Below the pieces are notes generated by a model, which saw nothing but the letters and a program-made list of their open reading frames with translations, was not told where the DNA came from and searched no databases. 64,000 nucleotides of DNA from Pelomyxa schiedti (Eukaryota > Protista > Evosea). Position 1 is the first letter of the stretch. The number at the start of each line of letters is the position of its first letter. Location of the stretch: positions 16,137 to 80,136 of the forward strand of contig JAHLWZ010000845.1 in the NCBI GenBank assembly GCA_020536535.1, written 5' to 3'. Below are positions 1 through 14,334 of this stretch, piece after piece. The position numbers were made by a program, and so were the translations under genes.

Positions 1-1768
<1,768 letters not shown>

Positions 1769-1928
1769 CACCAAGTACAACCAATTTTTATTTGTTCACG
1801 AAAAGGAACAATCATTCATTGAGTAGAAAAGTTTATTTCCTTTGTTCAGCCACATTTCTACCTCAATGAAAATGATAATGGGGGCGATACATCATGCACA
1901 GTGTAATACTGCTTCATCGGTTTCAGGT

Positions 1929-2541
1929 CTACGGGTGTTTTGCAATATAGTCTCTTGCAGCTTTCAAAACTGGGTCCACTGCCTTCCCAAATGATGTAGG
2001 TGGAGTTAGGGATGTCCAAATGTGGCAGTAGTGCTCAGATTTTACTGCTTTGGCGGTACATTCACAGGTATCAGGAACAAATCCGAGGAAAATTATGAGT
2101 GTCTTTTCAACTGTCGCGCCACCTAGTCTCTTTCGGTTCTTTGTTTGTCTTGAAGAGTAATGGGATAGTACATACACGATATTGTGGGTAGTATACAGTC
2201 TTGTATTGAAATTCCGGTGCCACAGTGATGGTGCTTGTGTCAATACCGGTTTCTTCCCTCACTTCCCGCATAGCCTTTGAAAGCATTAACATGTATTGTG
2301 TTTTAGGATTTAGAATAATTATGGTAACAATAATTCGAAGCAAACCGTCTGTAGCTCCGTTTCACCATGTTCCATGTGCCCTAAAAAAAGGAGTTAGACA
2401 TACATGAAAACAAATAGAAAATACCACAAAATAACCTTTAGGCAAGTCTGCACCCCTCCCACCAGTTTTTCCCAGAATGAGTGCCTCTGTTTTAATGCCC
2501 CTTCGACGTACAAGCAGCATCCCACAACTTGTAACCGACAT
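1929..2541 (-). CDS. Nudix hydrolase, Ap4A hydrolase (NUDT2)-like
   Basis: SCGMLLVRR...DLPKG/HMEHGETELQT/AMREVREETGI forms the Nudix box GX5EX7REUXEEXGU across introns; start taken as the first ATG (MSVTS). Confidence 0.8.
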
Positions 2542-2735
2542 CGTGGCTGCGGAAGACGTAGCTGTGCCTGTCACTGTCACGCAGTGTTACAACATTTGGG
2601 GTGCAGCTCGTGTGATGTCACAACATTATGGGTACCAATGTTACTCGACATTCCTCTGTGTGCGGCCATTGGCGCTTCCTTCACCGAACAGTCGATTATT
2701 TGATCGCCAGGTAACGCGAAACGCTGTTTATTTTG

Positions 2736-4028
2736 ATGCTTTCGGTTGTAAAGTCCGTTGATGCGGAGCATCAGTTTGTGGCTATTGGGTGCGGAGTCCT
2801 GCCTCGCTGCGGCGCGGCCAGCGCGGCCAACGTGCTGTCGGCCACACTTCTGCACCACATCGGCAGCCTGTGGGTCGTCAGCGAGACCCGCATCGTGACG
2901 TTCTGCGCCCACCGCGGGTCCCGCGACCCCGTCGACCGCGCCCTGCACACGTTTGTGTTCTCCACCTCGCCGACGCTGGGGCTGGTCCGCGGCCTGCTCG
3001 ACGTCCACTCCGCTCCGGAGCACTTTGGGTGCGCCTGGCTGCCGCCGGCCCCCGCGCCGTCCCGCGGCCGCCGCTGCGACCGCCTGCGCTCCCTCATGCT
3101 CAAGAGCCTGCGCCCGGAGGCGGAGCCCGGGATTGTTCTCCGCCGGCTCGACTTTGTTGGGCCTCTGGCGGGCACCGTGGTGGACTACGTAGGGGGCTGG
3201 GAGTGGATGTACTCCACGGTGCTCCACGCCCGGCTGAATGACCGGTGGGCCGTGGCCGTCTGCGCCATGGATAGCAGCCGCTACGGCACCGCAAGAACCC
3301 TGGCCCTGTACATCTGGCCCGCCTCGGGCTTCCTCCAGGGCCACGCCGTCGACGTCCGCCTGTCCGGCGACGACGCGGACGACCGCCCCGTGGCCGCGGA
3401 CTTCACCTGCTCCCTCTCCAGCGGGTGCGGGGCCGCCGCCGCCGCCGCCGACGAGTTCACCGTCGTGTTCTCGCGCTGGCTCATCGTCACCGTCGACCTC
3501 GCCGCGACCTTCGACAGAGGCGCGCTCGTCGCCACCCGCTCCCTGCAGGGGTCCTACGCGACCCCCGCCCGGTGCTTCCTCGTCGCCGGGCGGTTCCTCC
3601 ACACCCCCAGGGGCCCCGCGGTCGTCCTCCGCGAGACCGGCGGCTCGCCCGCCGCCCAGTGCCACGTCATGTACCTCGCCACGGGCGCCCTGTCCCGCGC
3701 GGCATTCCCCTTTGGCCAAGTGGAAGGCTACACCGTGGCGGCCTTCCCTGACGACACGGGCAACTGCTCGGTGTACGACGCCCGCAAGATATCCTGGGGG
3801 CCCTTGCGCGTGCACCACCGCGGGGACGCTGGGTCGTCGGTGAAGGTGGTGCAGCCTGGGATGATTGTCCACGTGCGCAACCACATCAAGCTCTGCAAGT
3901 ACCCTTTCATGCCGCTCACGATCACAACCTTGGAGTTTGTGGAAGCTACTTCGGGCATGCATGTTCTCACACTGACTTCTGATGAGGGACAGACCCCTCT
4001 GGAGGTCACCTCCTATTGCTTGTTTTGA
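2736..4028 (+). CDS. Intronless GC-rich hypothetical protein (lineage-specific family)
   Basis: 430-codon ORF with strong GC3 bias; shares N- and C-terminal motifs with the gene at 20544-22055. Confidence 0.7.
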   Translation: MLSVVKSVDAEHQFVAIGCGVLPRCGAASAANVLSATLLHHIGSLWVVSETRIVTFCAHRGSRDPVDRALHTFVFSTSPTLGLVRGLLDVHSAPEHFGCAWLPPAPAPSRGRRCDRLRSLMLKSLRPEAEPGIVLRRLDFVGPLAGTVVDYVGGWEWMYSTVLHARLNDRWAVAVCAMDSSRYGTARTLALYIWPASGFLQGHAVDVRLSGDDADDRPVAADFTCSLSSGCGAAAAAADEFTVVFSRWLIVTVDLAATFDRGALVATRSLQGSYATPARCFLVAGRFLHTPRGPAVVLRETGGSPAAQCHVMYLATGALSRAAFPFGQVEGYTVAAFPDDTGNCSVYDARKISWGPLRVHHRGDAGSSVKVVQPGMIVHVRNHIKLCKYPFMPLTITTLEFVEATSGMHVLTLTSDEGQTPLEVTSYCLF

Positions 4029-4118
4029 AAAACAGACCAAAAACCTACTAGGAATCAACAAAATAAAAGTGACTTTTGTTGGAGTAACAGGGAAAAAAAA
4101 AGGTGCTGTTGGAGTTCA

Positions 4119-6012
4119 CTAGTCAAATGCACATACCACACTGTATACCATTTTTTCCACATTAGAGAAATTGGTGCACTTTCCATAGAACGGTTGTTCC
4201 GGAGCAAGGTAAAGGCCTTCAGAAGCGAGAATAGCCCCATAGAAAACATTGTCTACATCTAAGCAAAACAAATTTAGAAAGCAATCAATAGGGATGACAT
4301 ACAAAACGCGTCTATTGGCGCATAAGGCATATCAGGAGGAGGGGCTGGCCTCCAGTCATGGCATGGACGTGACACGTTACCCCAGACACCAATTGTAATA
4401 TCGACGTTAAGCATTTCCAATTGCCGGATAGGAACCTCTCTCCCATATACAGCAATCCCATTCTCACTCTTAGCTGTGATATTAATAAAACGAACCGACT
4501 CGACATAGCCAGTGTAGGGCCGCGTTGTGTCCCAGGACAAACTGGGAATAAATGTTCACGGTAGTTACGTAAGAACCGTAAAGTACCTTACTACACTAAT
4601 TGGCTCGGCACTTCCCCACCACGCAGAGGAGAAGAACTTTGTCTATGTACAGTGATTAATCAAATAATTTTGATAAATTTAGGAAAAGAAACCTGGATAT
4701 CTATGTTAGAAAAGGTCACGTTTATTATAGGTGCCGTGCCGAGCCTAGGTTGAACTGCCAAACCCCTGTTGGTATCGTTGATGACACAGTGATCAAATAC
4801 AACTCCAGAAATCACTGCTGTAGCAAGGTCATCAAAAACTGCCACCTTGGGTAATATTAGAAGCATACACACCTCAAATTGTACCTTGAGCGCAGCAGAT
4901 GTGGATTCAAAATAGCTGTCATGAACCCAAATATTTCCAGATGGAACTGGAGTATGGGCTACAACGCAAACGCTGTCATCACCCGTAGTTATGTGGCAAT
5001 TCTTTATCTCAACATTATTGCAGTCCACAAGATCGACACCATCATTATTGGGCCATCTTCTGTCTCCATATATAGTTACGCCATCAAGAGTAGCATTTTG
5101 TGCATGAACAAGAGTAAGAGTCCAGAACGGGCTGTTGAACAGTGAAACACTTTGAAGTAGTACATTGCTGCAATCTTTGAATACGGCAAGCTTTGGCCTA
5201 CAAGAAAAAGAGCTGCAGGGATAGAGAAATGCCCAGTCGATTGGGTAGAGGTAATTATAGGTTTCATCATAATGATCCACAAGGTGACCAGGTGGGCTGT
5301 TGGCACCAGCATCAATCATACCCTTACCTTTTTTTTGTATAAATAAAATATAACATGATGAAAAGGAAGAAAACCAAGGATTCCCGTGTTAGTAGCATTT
5401 AGTGCCCCAATAAATGGAAAGTCACAAATCCCTGCACGTTGAAACAAACATGAGATATACAAGAAAGGAAAAAAGGCCAGAACAGAAGGCCAGCACTTCA
5501 TAACCCGGCTCCCACCCATAATAGAAAAAGCCAAGCAAGCCAGAATACATAAAACACACCGGTGTCCCAAGTAACAGACTGCATGCAAGGGTACAAAGTA
5601 GGGTCATCAGAAGCCCTGAGCAACGCACCCTCGGACAGATACAACCACACGTCCGACGTCAAGTTGAAAGCGCCGCTGAGGAAGCACGAGCCCGGCGTCG
5701 CGGGCACAACGACGCGACCCCCGCCGTCGTTGGAGGCGGCGGCCGCCACGGCGTCGGCTATGGCATCGGTGCACGGCGTGGCACAGTCTGCAATTGCACC
5801 GAAATCTACGCAGTTGCAGTGGTGACGTTGTTGTTGTTTGAAAACTTGGTGGGGTTGTGGCGTGTGACATGATGGAATGGTTTGTTGTTGGTGGACATGA
5901 ATTGATGGAAAAAACAGTGTGGCACACCGGTGATGTAGAAGTCCTTGGACTGTGAGTACTTGATAGAAAGTGACACAACAACCAGCACACAGAGCCAAAC
6001 CCCACAGGCCAT
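4119..6012 (-). CDS. Secreted glycoside hydrolase family 28 (polygalacturonase-like)
   Basis: Signal peptide MACGVWLCVLVVVSLS; spliced FYIT/DFGAIAD...TDAIADAV; GGGRVVVP; FLSGAFNLTS; NSPFWTL; NNDGVD and TGDDSV catalytic motifs. Confidence 0.9.
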
Positions 6013-6258
6013 CTTCGCTTTTTCTTTTCTACCTTTTTGTTTGGAGTTTTGATCGATTCTGAACGAAAAAAGTTACACTGAAGCACGCGGAAGGAAGGCA
6101 AGAAATTTTGTATTTGTGCATGGATACCCAGTATTTACATATAACATAAGCAAAAATCCCATGTGACTCTTGTCTCAAGGGTCAAATCAAGTTGAGTGCG
6201 TAAAGGTTTTTGTTTAGAGTACTAGTTCGGCAATCAGAAGAAGTACAAAGACTGGGTG

Positions 6259-6883
6259 CTATTGAGTTGAAGGAAATTGCACTGTGAGAACGAATGAATT
6301 GTGCTTGGGGTTTACCCGGTCAATTTCCAGATGTTTCCTCCTGTAAAAGCAAAGGGTCCCATATCTCCGGCATGGTAAGCAGTATCCAATTGTAAGTAGC
6401 CAAACAGGTAACTTGTGAGAAAGCATGAGTTTTGAACAGTGCAATGATGCAAGGCACTACTCACATTGAGCATATCTCCCAATACCCCAAAAATCAGAGC
6501 TTTACAAGACAGGTTAGGTTGTTGGGAATAATACAACCTTTTATTTTTTACCTGGGATCAAGCAGAGAAGAGTGAGGGGCAGGAATACTATTTTTAGGAT
6601 ATTATCACAATTGCACCTTGGTTAGATGAGAAATTATTGGTCAAGGTCAACAATCTCACACCCTTTAGGGAACCAATGCTTAATGACGAATTCCACACAA
6701 TCGTGAGTCCACACAGGACCCAGTATGGTTGTTACATAGGACCCTCTCTGGTAGGGTTTCCCCCACATGAGACAACTGCATTTACAGCACTTACACATTC
6801 GCCTTTCCTCATCATCATCATCATCACTCTCACACGCTTCTCCATTTCCAACAGCCTCAAAAAGTTTATCTTTAGACCCCAGC

Positions 6884-6919
<36 letters not shown>

Positions 6920-7278
6920 ACACTGCCACTACAAGCCCAAAAAACCCAAACATAAAAGAGTATAGAATTGTGGGATACCTCGTTTTCCTCGTCGGTGGAC
7001 ACTGACCCCGCGTCGTCCCTCTCGCCCCCGACCTCGCTCTCGCTCCCGCTGGGCCGCAGCTGGGCCTCTGATTGGGTTTCCTCCATTTGGTGCTGGTGCA
7101 GGCAGCGCTTGGCGTCGTCCTCCCCCGGCGTGGCGGGCTCGGCAGGGGGTGAGGAGGAGGAGGCGTGCGCCGGAGTGGCCTGCAGCTCCACCGCCGCCGC
7201 GTTGTTGCCGTCGCTGCTGCTGCAGGCATCCGAGTGGGGGGACTCTGCCTCTGCTGTGCTGCCGCCTGCGTCGGTCAT
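6259..7278 (-). CDS. Hypothetical protein with acidic low-complexity N-terminus; exon structure unresolved
   Basis: GC-rich coding-like first exon (MTDAGG...DEENE) followed by a GT donor and a poly-T intron; downstream reading frame ambiguous. Confidence 0.4.
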
Positions 7279-7503
7279 CCCGTTGGTGTGTGGCACAACG
7301 AACACCAGTCGATCGATGTGTTTGGAACAAGTTCGGTGAACACCCAGAACACGAACCATTTGAAGTTGATATTTCCCTTTTCTAGATGTGGGACTTGGGG
7401 CTCAGTGGTGGGGGGAATTCCTCAGCTTTCTTGGCCCGGCACTCTGTTTCCTGGGCAGTACCCTCGTTGTTTGAGAGTATTTCCCACCAAAATACCACAA
7501 CAA

Positions 7504-8757
7504 ATGACCTCAGCAGGGCCTTATTTGCAGCAGGCCACGGGCACCGGGGGTGGTTCCAGCGCCGCTACCAACGTCCCACAATTCCCTCCGTCCATGCAGC
7601 CTCCCACACCGACGTCGTCTTCCGGCGCCGCGCAGCCCCCGTCGTCCGCCGTAGGCGTCAGCCTGAACCTCGGCGGCCTCACGGCGACGGTGGGCCTCAC
7701 CCCGCAGCAGTTCCTTACGACGTCGAGCCCCGCGGTGTCGCCGCCTCCGCCGCCCGTATCTACTATCTGTTGCTCCACGTCCACCACGTCGTCGTCGTCG
7801 CTTCAGTCTCCTGCACTGGCCACCGGTGCTGCAAGTGTTGTTCAGTACGGCGCCGAGCCTGCAGTTTCCCAAATGTTGGGCCAGGTTGTCTATTTGTCTA
7901 TTTTTACTCCTCCGCGTGACACTTGTTTGGCTTGGTTCTAATCATCATGATACAATATTACAGAGGAGTACGTTTCAGACAGTTGGTGTTGATGCAGGTC
8001 GAATGTATAAGTTCTTGGAGGAAGAAGATGCCAAGATTGAACAACTTACTTCGGAAAGTCTTTTTCCAGCAGAGAGATCAACTTATCAACCAACTATACT
8101 CAGTGAGTCTACTTTCCCTTTGTTTCTGTGTCCATTCCAGTTTCAATTGCTAAAAATAGTATTTAAACGCTTATATAACAGACTACAGAAAAGAAGAAAA
8201 AGAACAACAAAGATTGATTCTACTGACAGAAAGAGAAATAGAAAAAGATAGAGACAGAGATCCAAAAGTTCTTGCCACACTTAGAGGCAGGGTTCTACGT
8301 TACTGCATGAGGTCAAAAGAGGTTAGGATTTCTTCAGGTTTCGATTGTTTTGCCCTTAACTCTTATTCAGATAGTGATTGGCCGTGCAACCAAGATGAAT
8401 CCGGACCTGGTAGATGTAAATCTTGCGGAGGAAGCTCCAGCTTCAAAAGTTTCAAGGAAGCATGTAATACATGCCTCGTCCTTCACTATGTGACTTCACC
8501 AACAATTAGGCAATCATCAAACTCAAGTATGATGGGGAATTCTACATTTATAACATCGGGAGGCACGCTATTTACATAAACGGGAAGACACTCGCCCCAA
8601 ACGCTGCTCACCGGCTTGTTGATTGTTGTCTTGTTGAAGTAATTCTCGCTGTCCTCTGTTCTATTGCTTAATTGCCAAACAGATTGGAAACGTGAAATTT
8701 ATTTTTGATATCAACAAAGCACTGTTGCCAAAAATCAGAAGACTTTTGGCTCACTAA
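7504..8757 (+). CDS. MCRS1: Microspherule protein 1 homolog (C-terminal FHA domain)
   Basis: Spliced LATLRGRVLRYCMRSKE/IVIGRATKMNPDLVDVNLAEEAPASKVSRKH/AIIKLKYDGEFYIYNIGRHAIYING...IGNVKFIFDIN matches the MCRS1 FHA region. Confidence 0.88.
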
Positions 8758-8864
8758 ATGTGGGGGTAACCCAAGCACGAAAATAACATTTGTTTGTATA
8801 GTTCTTTTTCATTTTTCTACATGATTACACAAAAAATTTATGGAACCAGCAAGACCGGTACTCT

Positions 8865-11800
8865 TTAGTGCCCTTGACTCAGTATGGTGATGGTGAAATG
8901 GGGTGCCAAGCTCTGTAAAATGTTAAAATGGATAACGTGAAGTGGTGGGAAAACCTTGCTTTTGCATCCCTTGTCAAGGTCACCCTTCACAAAGGTAGTG
9001 CTGTCAGCCACAAACAGGGTGTTGAACCAGAAGCTGATTAACTTGTCAGCATGGGCCGAAAATATCTCAACATTAACATCTCCAGACATATCCACTACTT
9101 GGGGGAGAAGAAGTTGAAATGGAGTATCTGTTGATGCTGTTGATGCCGGATACTAGTGCAGAGTGGCAGAGTAAGTGACGGGGGTGATTTGGGATATTAA
9201 ATACCTTGTAGAAATGTTTATGAATCAGCTTTCCACCGCATCGCACATAAAGGAAAACGCCTAAAGGCATTGAGATGATGGTTCGGAGGATAGTAGTACA
9301 AACCAGAACGGAATGGGTGTGATGCAGGACTAAGCAGGACACCCGTGAGGGTTCTGGTAATTTTGATATATTTCGGCTTATCTGGATGGAAAAGAAGACT
9401 TCCAAAGTAGTGTACATATCTCACTTGACTGGGAATTGTGACACCCTGTGAAAATCGCGGAGTGAGAATTGATTGAGATTAAGAATTTTACCTTGCCATC
9501 ATAGGTGCGGGCATTTGCGTATTGCTTAAGCGCTTCGTCAATGGAAGAAGCTTGCCCAGAGTACATAAGGTAACAACAAATCATCACACCTGTTCTACCC
9601 TGTTGCTTGTGTGAGACCAGCTTTTCCATTAAGGGGCATTACTTTCCCCGCTTTGCAATGAACAGCAACTATATTAGCTGGGTCTTCGTTCAGCCATGCG
9701 TCCTATGAACAAAGTTTGTGATGCGCGGCGTGTGGGTTGGAAGTTACACAGTCTTTGCAGAACATTTCCATTAACTCAAAAGGTGGGGCACCATGATCGG
9801 AGAAGGGGAAAATTCCAACTAAAAAACAAGTTAGAAACAGTAAACGACTGCAACTTAACCTCGGTTATAGAACATTGAAGGGGGGTAACTCCGCTCCGAG
9901 CACCTACAACCATTTAGCGAAGAAAAATTTTGAAAAAGAAAAGTACAAGTTGTAGACTTTGTAGTGAGTTCCATGTGCCTGGTTCAAAAACCTAGGATTT
10001 TCACATGAGAATTAGTTTTGTTGTTTTAAAAAAAAACCGATACCTCAGAACTTCTGTATATGGATTTCGCAGGGCAGCTTCAAAACCAGTTGCTGGGTAT
10101 CCCATGGCAATTATCCGAGGTGTGATATCTTTTGTGGCCATTTACTACACAAAAGAAAAAGGTCTTTTACTACATGAAAGGTCAAGGTCAAAGCCATTTG
10201 CAACATAGCGTCTCTTCTTTTTTGACACCGCACTCCGTAGAGGGTTAGACCACTTACTTTCACGTTTCTAAATGATTTTCATTAGATGGGGCGGGAATGA
10301 TGATTGAGATATAAGAACCTGATGTGTTGGAGTAGAAAGCGGTTCCAGATTCTGTGTTACCACTGGATAAACTGGTACAGGTTCCACGATTGCAGATGAA
10401 ATCTCAACTCCTTCTTCCTTACTCATCGCATTTCCCTTAGACTTCCTATGGTGATGCTTATGATGGCGGTGGTGCCTTGTCTCAATTTCATAATCAGCGG
10501 CACTGGATTTCTTTTTTCGTGAGTGGCCATGATGGTCACCCTTTTCTTTCTTCTCGTGCTTAGTCCTCTCTCTTTCCCAACTTCCACTTGCGTTGTGTGT
10601 CTGGGTCCTTGCCTCATCCCTTCCCTTGTGCTTATGATCGTTCCTGCTCCTGCTCCTGCTTCTGCTTCTGCTTCCACTGCCACTTTCAGGTAAGGCTGTT
10701 TTCCTTTTACTCTTACTTTTATGTTTCCTCCTGCTATGCCTCGGTAACTCAATCGAACTTATACTTCCATCCATGATTATGATCTTACTTCCACTGCTGC
10801 TCCTGCTGATACTTCTGCTAGCACTTGCATCCTTCCTGCTCTTGCTCTTACTCTTGCTCTTGCTCCTGCTCCGAGTGTAAGTCTGGACTGGACTAGGACC
10901 ACGGTCCCAGCTATTTGGGGTACCTTCTCTGGAGGGGGAGTCAGATTGGTCATTGTCGTATTCTTCACTCCAGCGCTCCATGCTGCGCCTCATACTTCCA
11001 CTGTGCCTCTTCTTACTGCTGGAACTTTGACTGCTTGTAGTTTCACTCCAAGCATCTTCCGAATCACCACCTCTTGAAGTAAAAGCAGGATTTGACTGCT
11101 GTTGTGGAACAGCATTCCAAGTTGGAGGTGAAGTTGGCCTTCCTTCACTGCCATTGCTACTCGTGTGTCTATGCTTTTTATGATCATGACTTCTTTTATG
11201 TTTTGGTTCGATTTCTATAACCTCTTTCTGTCTTATTCCACCACTAACACCGCTACTATCACTACCACTTGCGCTACCCTCAGTGCCAACTCCATCGCCA
11301 CTTTCATTGCTGGAGTAGCTATCACTCTGAGAGTCACTCTCACTTCTTTTATTTGATCTTCCGGTGTGATTGCTTCCTTCCCACCAGCCGGTAGTCGAAG
11401 AAGTCACTCCCCCGTGCGGAACGGCTGAGCTTGATGGATTCAAGTGGGATTTCTGTGGAGTCGAACCAGGCGCAACCATCGCCGAACTCGAAGGTATCCA
11501 CGAACCAGAGGCCCTTTGGCTGGCTCTTTTATCAGGCGACACAGGAGTACTTACAGGGGTGAGGTACTGAGCAGGAGGCGAGTAATGGGAGTGGTGAGGC
11601 TGTACAGTAGCAGCGTTCCCAGACCTGGAAGCCCTCAGTTCCAGCTTTGGTTCTGCGCCAGTATTATCATCGGCGGGAGAAGAATCGCGGTGATGATGGC
11701 TCCGGTGGGATTCGTGCCCGTGACCTCTAGGTTCCCTGTCACGGTCCCTCACGTGATCGTGGTCAGAGGCCTCAGTCACAGTGTTGTTGTCACGTTGGTA

Positions 11801-12568
11801 CCCACTGGAAGAGTGCCCATAATTCACTTCGTTGCCGCCGTACTGCTGCTGCTGCTGCTGCTGCTGCTGCCTGCCGGCGCCGTGCACGTAGCCCCCTGAG
11901 GGCTGACGACGGTGCGGAGACTGGGCGTGGGACGGAGAATGGGCGGCGAAGGACTGGGACAAGTTGGGCGCGGGGGCGTAAACCTCGGTAGACGAATACG
12001 CCGGCGCGTGGTGGCGATAAGAAGTCGGAGTCTTGACAGTGGAGAACTTCTGGACCTGGTGATGACGAGACGGGGTCGCCGGCTCCTGGATCTGCTGCTG
12101 CTGCTGCTGCTGCTCTTGTGCGTGGTGGCGGCCGTGGTCGTGGTCGTGGTGGGTATTGTGGGACGGAGAGTAGGGGTCGTGGGAGGAGCTGTGGTGGGCG
12201 TCCTGGTATGGGCCTCTGGGCGCGTAGAACAAGTTGGACGCGCCGGCGCCCGACGAGGGGAACGGGGAGTAGTTGTCGTGCTGGTGCTGGTGGCTCGGGG
12301 TCGTGGCGGCGCCGGGGTTGGTATTATGGGAGTGGGAATGCGACGGCTGGTGGTGCGCCGGCGTCTGCGGGAGCGAAAGCGCGATCGGCGGCGAGCCCAG
12401 GCGATCACCGCAGCCGCCGCTGCTGTGGTGGGACTTATGGGAGCGGTGATGTGCCGACGAAGAGACAGAAAGAAGGTTGTTTGGTTGGAGTGGAGGTGAC
12501 AAGCACAGAGTTGGGGACTGGGGCTTGGGTGCAGTGACTACGGTGGCCGAACGATGCCGGTGTGTCAT
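8865..12568 (-). CDS. PTEN: PTEN-family phosphoinositide 3-phosphatase with C2 domain and long disordered N-terminal extension
   Basis: AVSKKKRRYVANGFDLDLS/YITPRIIAMGYPA, HYKVYNL/CSERSY, FPFSDHGAP, HCKAGK/GRTGVMICCYL, VTIPSQVRYVHY, LISFWFNTLFV. The 10268-12568 ORF splices in frame into these exons. Confidence 0.92.
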
Positions 12569-13516
12569 GGCTTTTTGTTTTTTTTTCTTTTTGAAAAAAA
12601 CACGTTGATCTTGGCTTTCGGCTAAATCACGGTGATTTTCGTTTCACGTGCCCCTTCGTAGGTGCCGGCACATTGTGACCAAAACAACAGGAGAAACGAG
12701 AACACAGAATCAGGGTGGTTATTTCGGTGGAAAGATCAATTCACAGATCGGCCCAGGATCCGCCTCCTCCTCGAGCTCGTGCTCGCCGATGCCTGTTGAT
12801 TGCTGCACGCAATTGTGGAAAAAAAAGAGGTCTTTTGAGGCACCAATAATTCCAAATCCAAAGCGTTTCGGATCCACTGCAACAGCTGCCGCAGTTACAA
12901 ATATCTTCACCCATTGCTGCAGTTCCGCCTTACTTCCTGTGCCTCTTCATTCCCTGCAATGCGTGGATGCCGATTTTGATAGGGACTCAATGATATTTGA
13001 TTCTAGTACCCCAAAGGTACACTGCCTGAATTAAATACATCTCTGTGCTCTTAGCATTTAGAGAGTGCCGCTCTCTCTGGCATTATTGCGTTGGCACTTG
13101 AACTTTCCCATATCTTTCGGTGCTCTCCTCCACTTCTTTCTAAATTGGTATTCAGAGATTCAAATTTTCCTGATTGGAAAGACTGAACAAAAATCATTTA
13201 GGGTGGCACAAAAGCAGGGCAACAAAAGACCGAGAATTCTTTCGACAGGGGCTTCTCACACCACTCTATGTATGGGGCACATATCTGTATGATATCTACT
13301 CACCCCTCACTCATTTGTGCAAGAGCAGTGGTGAGTGACACACAAAAAACAACAAGATAAAATGACTTCAACAACACAGTATCACCTTTTCAAATCCGAA
13401 AAATAATTAATTGCTTTTATTTTTTTGATTACACAACCCAGCAGGGAAACAGGCTTACAAGGATAAATTAACAAATCGAAGATCATAATACACGTGGTGA
13501 GGAGTGTCGAGATCAC

Positions 13517-14334
13517 ATGTCGCAGCATGAGCCAATAGAGATGAGGGTAGAAGAGCAACAACTCCCGTTCACGAAGCTGATTACAGGCGTAGCTGCTGAG
13601 ACTAGCGCTACAGATGTGTTTGCTTGGCTCAAGGGCAACGGATACTCAGTGTACGAGTTTTTTGTGTTCCTCCTTGTTGAACTTTTGAAAAGGGCCAACG
13701 TCAGCCGCGGTGTGAGACACGGCGGATCAGCAACTTTTCTTGTGAAGTTTCTGAGCGCTGATGACGCAAACAAGGCCTCAGCGAGAGATGACCTCTCGTT
13801 CCGTGGTGTTCGCGTGTGGCTATCCCCACCGTGGGTGGCGGTCTACCAGCAAACACCTACGTCCCCACCCGAATTGCACAACGCCGCTGCTGAGTCAACC
13901 AACAAATGCTTATTGGGTCTACCTCAACAGCGAAAGTCACCCAATAATTCTCAGAGCAAGAAGAAGCAACGCAAGAAGAAGCAGAAAGGTCTGATTCAAG
14001 AACTAAAGAACTTTCTTGAGAAACAAGTTGCTAATGTGTATGTCGTTCACTCCCATGTTTTCACTTACTCACACCTCGCACCGCCAAAACCAACCTTTTT
14101 TTTTGTCTCTTCTTCCCCTTCAGATCCATCAGGGTAATTCCAGTCAAAGGTGACTTGTATGTGAACTGCAAGACAATCAACAAGAAGAAAAAGCGCGCGT
14201 GCTTGCCACGACAGTTACAATGGAAAGGGCATACACTGTACATCAGAAAACTAGGCCACTGGGCTATGTTCCCTGTTGATACATATGATGGGCTCCCCAC
14301 CAAGTTTGCGCACCAGAAACACTTTTCCAAATAA
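13517..14334 (+). CDS. Hypothetical protein with degenerate RRM-like N-terminal domain (3' end uncertain, may extend to ~14590)
   Basis: 206-codon ORF with FTKLITGVAAETSATDVFAWL...FLVKFLSADDANKA pattern; further spliced exon(s) downstream. Confidence 0.5.

Noticed and set aside
2577-4061. 494-aa antisense ORF
   Set aside because: Shadow of the GC3-rich plus-strand gene; non-ATG start and no recognisable motifs.
6885-6916. Long poly-A run as a retroelement tail
   Set aside because: It reads as an intronic poly-T tract of the minus-strand gene; no target-site duplication or element body was seen.
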